A stretch of 63,827 bases of DNA, counting the filler. It is 8 parts of 8 records of this genome, joined end to end, with 100 filler letters (N's around TTAATTAATTAA, not from the genome) between each part and the next. Parts side by side here need not be neighbours in the genome. Positions count along the whole stretch, not along the records: positions 43,226 to 60,683 come from SRR7504441_4530; positions 60,784 to 63,827 come from SRR7504441_4536; 6 more parts are not named here. One strand, written 5' to 3'. The notes beneath the pieces were generated by a model. It made no database searches and was not told the origin of the DNA. It worked only from the letters and a program-made list of their open reading frames with translations. This document shows, piece after piece, positions 60,383 through 63,827 of this stretch; within the stretch, counting starts at the first letter, position 1; every line of letters begins with the position of its first letter. Made by a program: the position numbers and the translations under genes.

Positions 60383-60783
60383 GAGCTCTTCATGATCATG
60401 AGTGCTGCATTAGTGCGCATGTCTTGAGCGTCAGCGAGTGTTATCTCCATACAATGTCATGCATGTACAAGGGTAATACTCGTACTGTAATGTTATACGT
60501 GCAGTCTACGCGTATGTAGTCTTCGAGACGAGTCTTCGAGACTTAGGCTTGTCCGACTTGTCGTGGATGGCTAGCACCACTAGCAAGTGCTCACAACGCG
60601 CTGGAGCACCATGCCTGTTGTACAATGTCATGTTCTTTTCACAGGTGATGCGGGTTGTTGTCTAATGTTCGCTCAGAGACCCCNNNNNNNNNNNNNNNNN
60701 NNNNNNNNNNNNNNNNNNNNNNNNNNNTTAATTAATTAANNNNNNNNNNNNNNNNNNNNNNNNNNNNNNNNNNNNNNNNNNNN

Positions 60784-60813
60784 CACAGGCTCACTGATAC
60801 TGTATAAGCCCGA
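60784..60813 (+). repeat. 30-nt repeat copy A (contig start), candidate introner/MITE terminus
   Basis: CACAGGCTCACTGATACTGTATAAGCCCGA; exact reverse complement of 63798-63827. Confidence 0.9.
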
Positions 60814-62355
60814 TCTAACCTGATCTCCGCCGTTGCTCGGGTGCGAAACTCGCTGGCGTACGCCACGCACCGATTCTTCCAAGAGAATGGGTTTCTGTAC
60901 GTCCACACGCCGCTTATCACAGCGTCCGACTGCGAGGGCGCCGGGGAGATGTTCCAGGTCACAACTCTGCTCAACAGCGTGGACCCGGCCAAAGTGAACC
61001 CGACCCGCCGAGCGGCCTCCGAGCAGGAGGTGAAAGAGATCCAGGGCAAGATCTCTGCAAGCGTCGAGCGCGAGGCCGAGCTCAAGACCGACGAGAAGAA
61101 GAACAAAAAGGTGCGCCGCCGTCTGCGCCGCTCTGATCGTAGATCGTGTAGGCAATCGCCAAGGGGACCAAGGAGCGGGCTGACCTGGAGGTGGCTCTGA
61201 GGAAAGCTCTGGAGGCGAGAGACGAGGGTGACCTTGCCCGGGATGAGACTGGTGCCGTGGACTACACACGGGACTTCTTCCAGAAACCGTCGTACCTAAC
61301 AGTCTCTGGACAGCTCAATGTCGAGACTTACTGCTGCGGACTGTCGAGTGTGAGCGCGCCCGGCCCGGTGGCAATTGAGCTGGTGATCCGCAGGTTTACA
61401 CCTTTGGGCCTACTTTCCGAGCAGAGAACTCCAACACTACTAGGCATTTGTGCGAGTTCTGGATGATCGGTACCGATGCCACGCGGGCCTGTTGCTGACT
61501 TGGCTGCGCAGAGCCGGAGATCGCTTTCGCTGACATCAACGATGACATGCGCTGCGCGGAGGACTACGTCCGGTTCTGCTGTCAGGTGTTGGGGGCTGTA
61601 GGTGCTGGCTGAGCATGGCGCTGTGCAGTACCTGCTCGATCACCACATGGACGAGCTGGAGATCTTTGAGAAGTTTGTGCAGCCGGCCGATGGGTCCAAG
61701 AACAACTGCATCGAACGACTCACCCAAGTGTGCAACACACCGTTTGAGAGGCTCACATACACTCGAGTCATCGAGATCCTGCAGGTCAGTGCGTGAAGGC
61801 CTCTGCGCTTAGCTGGAGGTGACAGGAGACGGTAAAGGGTGGGCATAAGTTTGAGGAGAACGAAATTGTTTGGGGCATGGACCTCGGGTCGGAGCATGAG
61901 CGATACATCTCTGAGCAGGTGCGTGCAGCCAGGTTGTTACAGGCTGAGCTGGGCTGCAGGTGTTCAAAAAGCCATGCATTGTATACAACTACCCCAAGGA
62001 AATCAAGTCGTTCTACATGAAACTCAACGATGACAAGAAGACAGTTGCAGCGATGGATATCTTGGTCCCCAAAGTGGGAGAACTAATTGGCGGGTCTGAG
62101 AGGGAATATCGGTAGCTTTCTGCTCACTATTATGGCTCACTGTGCTCCAGGCTGGATGTGCTCGAGGATCGGATAACTGAGCTCGGTCTTGACCTTGAGG
62201 CGTACCGGTGGTACCTAGACCTGCGAAGATACGGCACAGTCACACACTCAGGGTTCGGCCTTGGATTCGAGAGACTGATTCTCTTTTCTACCGGAATGGA
62301 GAACATTAGAGACGTGATCCCGTTCCCCCGGTACCCGGGTCATGCAGAGTTCTAA
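60809..62355 (+). CDS. asnS: Asparaginyl-tRNA synthetase, 5' partial, 7 introns
   Basis: [92 protein letters not shown]. Introns 61111-61151, 61350-61393, 61470-61511, 61586-61628, 61785-61825, 61919-61959, 62112-62150. Confidence 0.97.
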
Positions 62356-62730
62356 ATCTCATCACCAACAACGATAGGCATCGCAAGCTGAGTGCACCGT
62401 ATCACAATTCACATACATGTAGCAGACATGACTTAAGGCATGACTTGTATACAATTCATACAAACTTGTCTTGTAGACTCGCTGCATACTCGTTGCATGT
62501 ACACGATTGTAAGAGCTTGAAATTTTAAAAACTTAATACAACTAACATTACAGGTACATGTACAATCTAATTAAATCTAATGTACAAACGCGTTGGGTGT
62601 ATGACCAAGGGACATGTTAGGGACATGTACAATCTAATCGTCGCCTCGGCTTAAAACGTATTTAAAACGTATGTTGGCGAAGCATTTAATTTTTGACCGC
62701 AAAATCAGTGAATATTTGATTGAATCTTTG

Positions 62731-63802
62731 TTATAATGCGAATTGATCTGAATTCTCTTGGGGCTTAGCAGCGGGCAACACCCGGACTTTGCAGCTTGCC
62801 ACACCGAACTCCACGATCGGCACAAGTGACATCCCACGAAGGCCTTGATATGCCACACCAAGATTGATTTGATTCTTGAAGAAAGTCAATTCGCCGTTAT
62901 CAATGTCACAAAGAACTCCGATCCGGTCACCAACATTAGCGGCTTCGGCATACTTCTCTTGGGTTGCACGGTGCCACTTGCTTCCAGTCCCGAGGTCATG
63001 TCAACTCTTGCAGTTGAATGACCTGTGTCTTGTTCTTAAACCTTAGTTGGCGCATTTCTTCTGTCTCTATTTGCTCTTTTTCTTTTCTTAATCTTGCATT
63101 AATGGCATGCTGTTCCATAACCTCCTCTTGCGTTGCCTCCAACAAGTTTTGAGACTCTCGCTGCTCCACAACAACTGCCTCCAGGATGAATGCAACCAGT
63201 TATTCTGGACGTGGTACAGCGACGAGCACGAAAGTACTGCAGCAATGCTACGGATCGATGCACTCTGGAACTACTTTGTAAGCCGTGGCTGCGTTACCGA
63301 TGCCTCGCTGGGGCTGAAAATTGGCTCAAAAACGAGCTCCAAGTCTCTCTCCGGGCTACTTACGGTGACCCACGATAGCTGTTCTTTTTTGCTAACCAAT
63401 TCGACCTACCCGGGTGCGATCTGAGTCTGCAACCAGCGCGAGAAGCTCGGCGACCAGCGCCTGGCTCACCAGCCACTGCATCTTGGACGCCTGACCCCAG
63501 TGACGGCGCCTCTAGGGTGCACACCTCATCCAAGGCGTCCAAGCCGGACAGCATGTCCTTGAGTTCATCAGTGTTCATTGCCCCGGGGTCAGGCTGCCCC
63601 AAACTGCCACCAGACCCGTCGTCCGCACCGCCACCAGACCAATCAGCTCGCCCCCCTGCACCGCGCCATGCAGGCAGACCTTTGATGAGATCGCAGATGG
63701 GGCCACTGTTTGAAGATGTGGTCTCCGACAGGTGTCGATGTGGTACAAAGATGTTAGCAATGTCACTCGAGTTCAAGCACGCATTATAGATGCAGGCTCG
63801 GG
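62731..63802 (-). CDS. Fragmentary gene(s), 5' partial; ends in the C-terminal half of a SPRY domain
   Basis: 63000->62731 reads ..GDRIGVLCDIDNGELTFFKNQINLGVAYQGL...LVPIV (SPRY). Upstream coiled-coil and low-complexity frames do not join cleanly. Confidence 0.45.
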
Positions 63803-63827
63803 CTTATACAGTATCAGTGAGCCTGTG
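63798..63827 (-). repeat. 30-nt repeat copy B (end of window)
   Basis: TCGGGCTTATACAGTATCAGTGAGCCTGTG; reverse complement of copy A. Confidence 0.9.

Noticed and set aside
8752-60783. Recurring TTAATTAATTAA within N-runs as a biological repeat
   Set aside because: Identical 100-nt artificial linkers. ORFs running into them and adjacency across them are artefacts.
60801-60808. Terminal 30-mer as a Nextera mosaic-end adaptor
   Set aside because: Shares only TGTATAAG with AGATGTGTATAAGAGACAG and the flanks differ. An unknown custom adaptor is not fully excluded.
1-63827. Many long overlapping or antisense ORFs in the ORF track (e.g. 4016..4918 +, 54714..55490 portion +, 55374..56279 portion -, 50576..50941 portion -)
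   Set aside because: Expected shadows of GC-rich coding sequence. The extensions run through the divergent partner gene and show no motifs.
1-63827. Stop-codon reassignment, selenocysteine or programmed frameshifting to explain broken ORFs
   Set aside because: Nearly all breaks resolve with ~40-nt GT/GC-AG introns, and TAA, TAG and TGA all serve as true terminators.
1-63827. CRISPR arrays, tRNA/rRNA genes, transposase or integrase ORFs
   Set aside because: None recognised by eye. Small ncRNAs cannot be excluded without covariance-model searches.

Overview
This window is eukaryotic nuclear DNA, not prokaryotic. Eight contigs are joined by artificial 100-nt spacers (N44-TTAATTAATTAA-N44), so neighbourhood across spacers means nothing. 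The genome is compact and GC-rich, with about 35 protein genes interrupted by tiny introns (mostly 35-50 nt). About a quarter of the introns in five hand-parsed genes start with GC instead of GT. Genes mostly sit in head-to-head pairs 40-200 nt apart, with AT-rich convergent 3' gaps. Flagellar genes (DRC12/CCDC153, WDR17) plus secreted hydrolases suggest a flagellated heterotrophic protist, probably a MAG or SAG (inference; lineage not determinable here). Top leads: (1) a divergent pair of a bacterial-type GbcA/Stc2-like Rieske betaine demethylase and a dimethylglycine-dehydrogenase-like gene; (2) a ubiquitin-like::DRC12 fusion with a GG|APKKK junction; (3) an identical 30-nt repeat that interrupts two unrelated CDSs at both ends of the last contig and looks like an intron 3' end (introner candidate); (4) the tiny GC-AG-rich splicing code; (5) an SLBP gene with no in-frame AUG upstream of its RNA-binding domain. 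All gene models were spliced by hand and all homology calls come from remembered motifs, not database searches.
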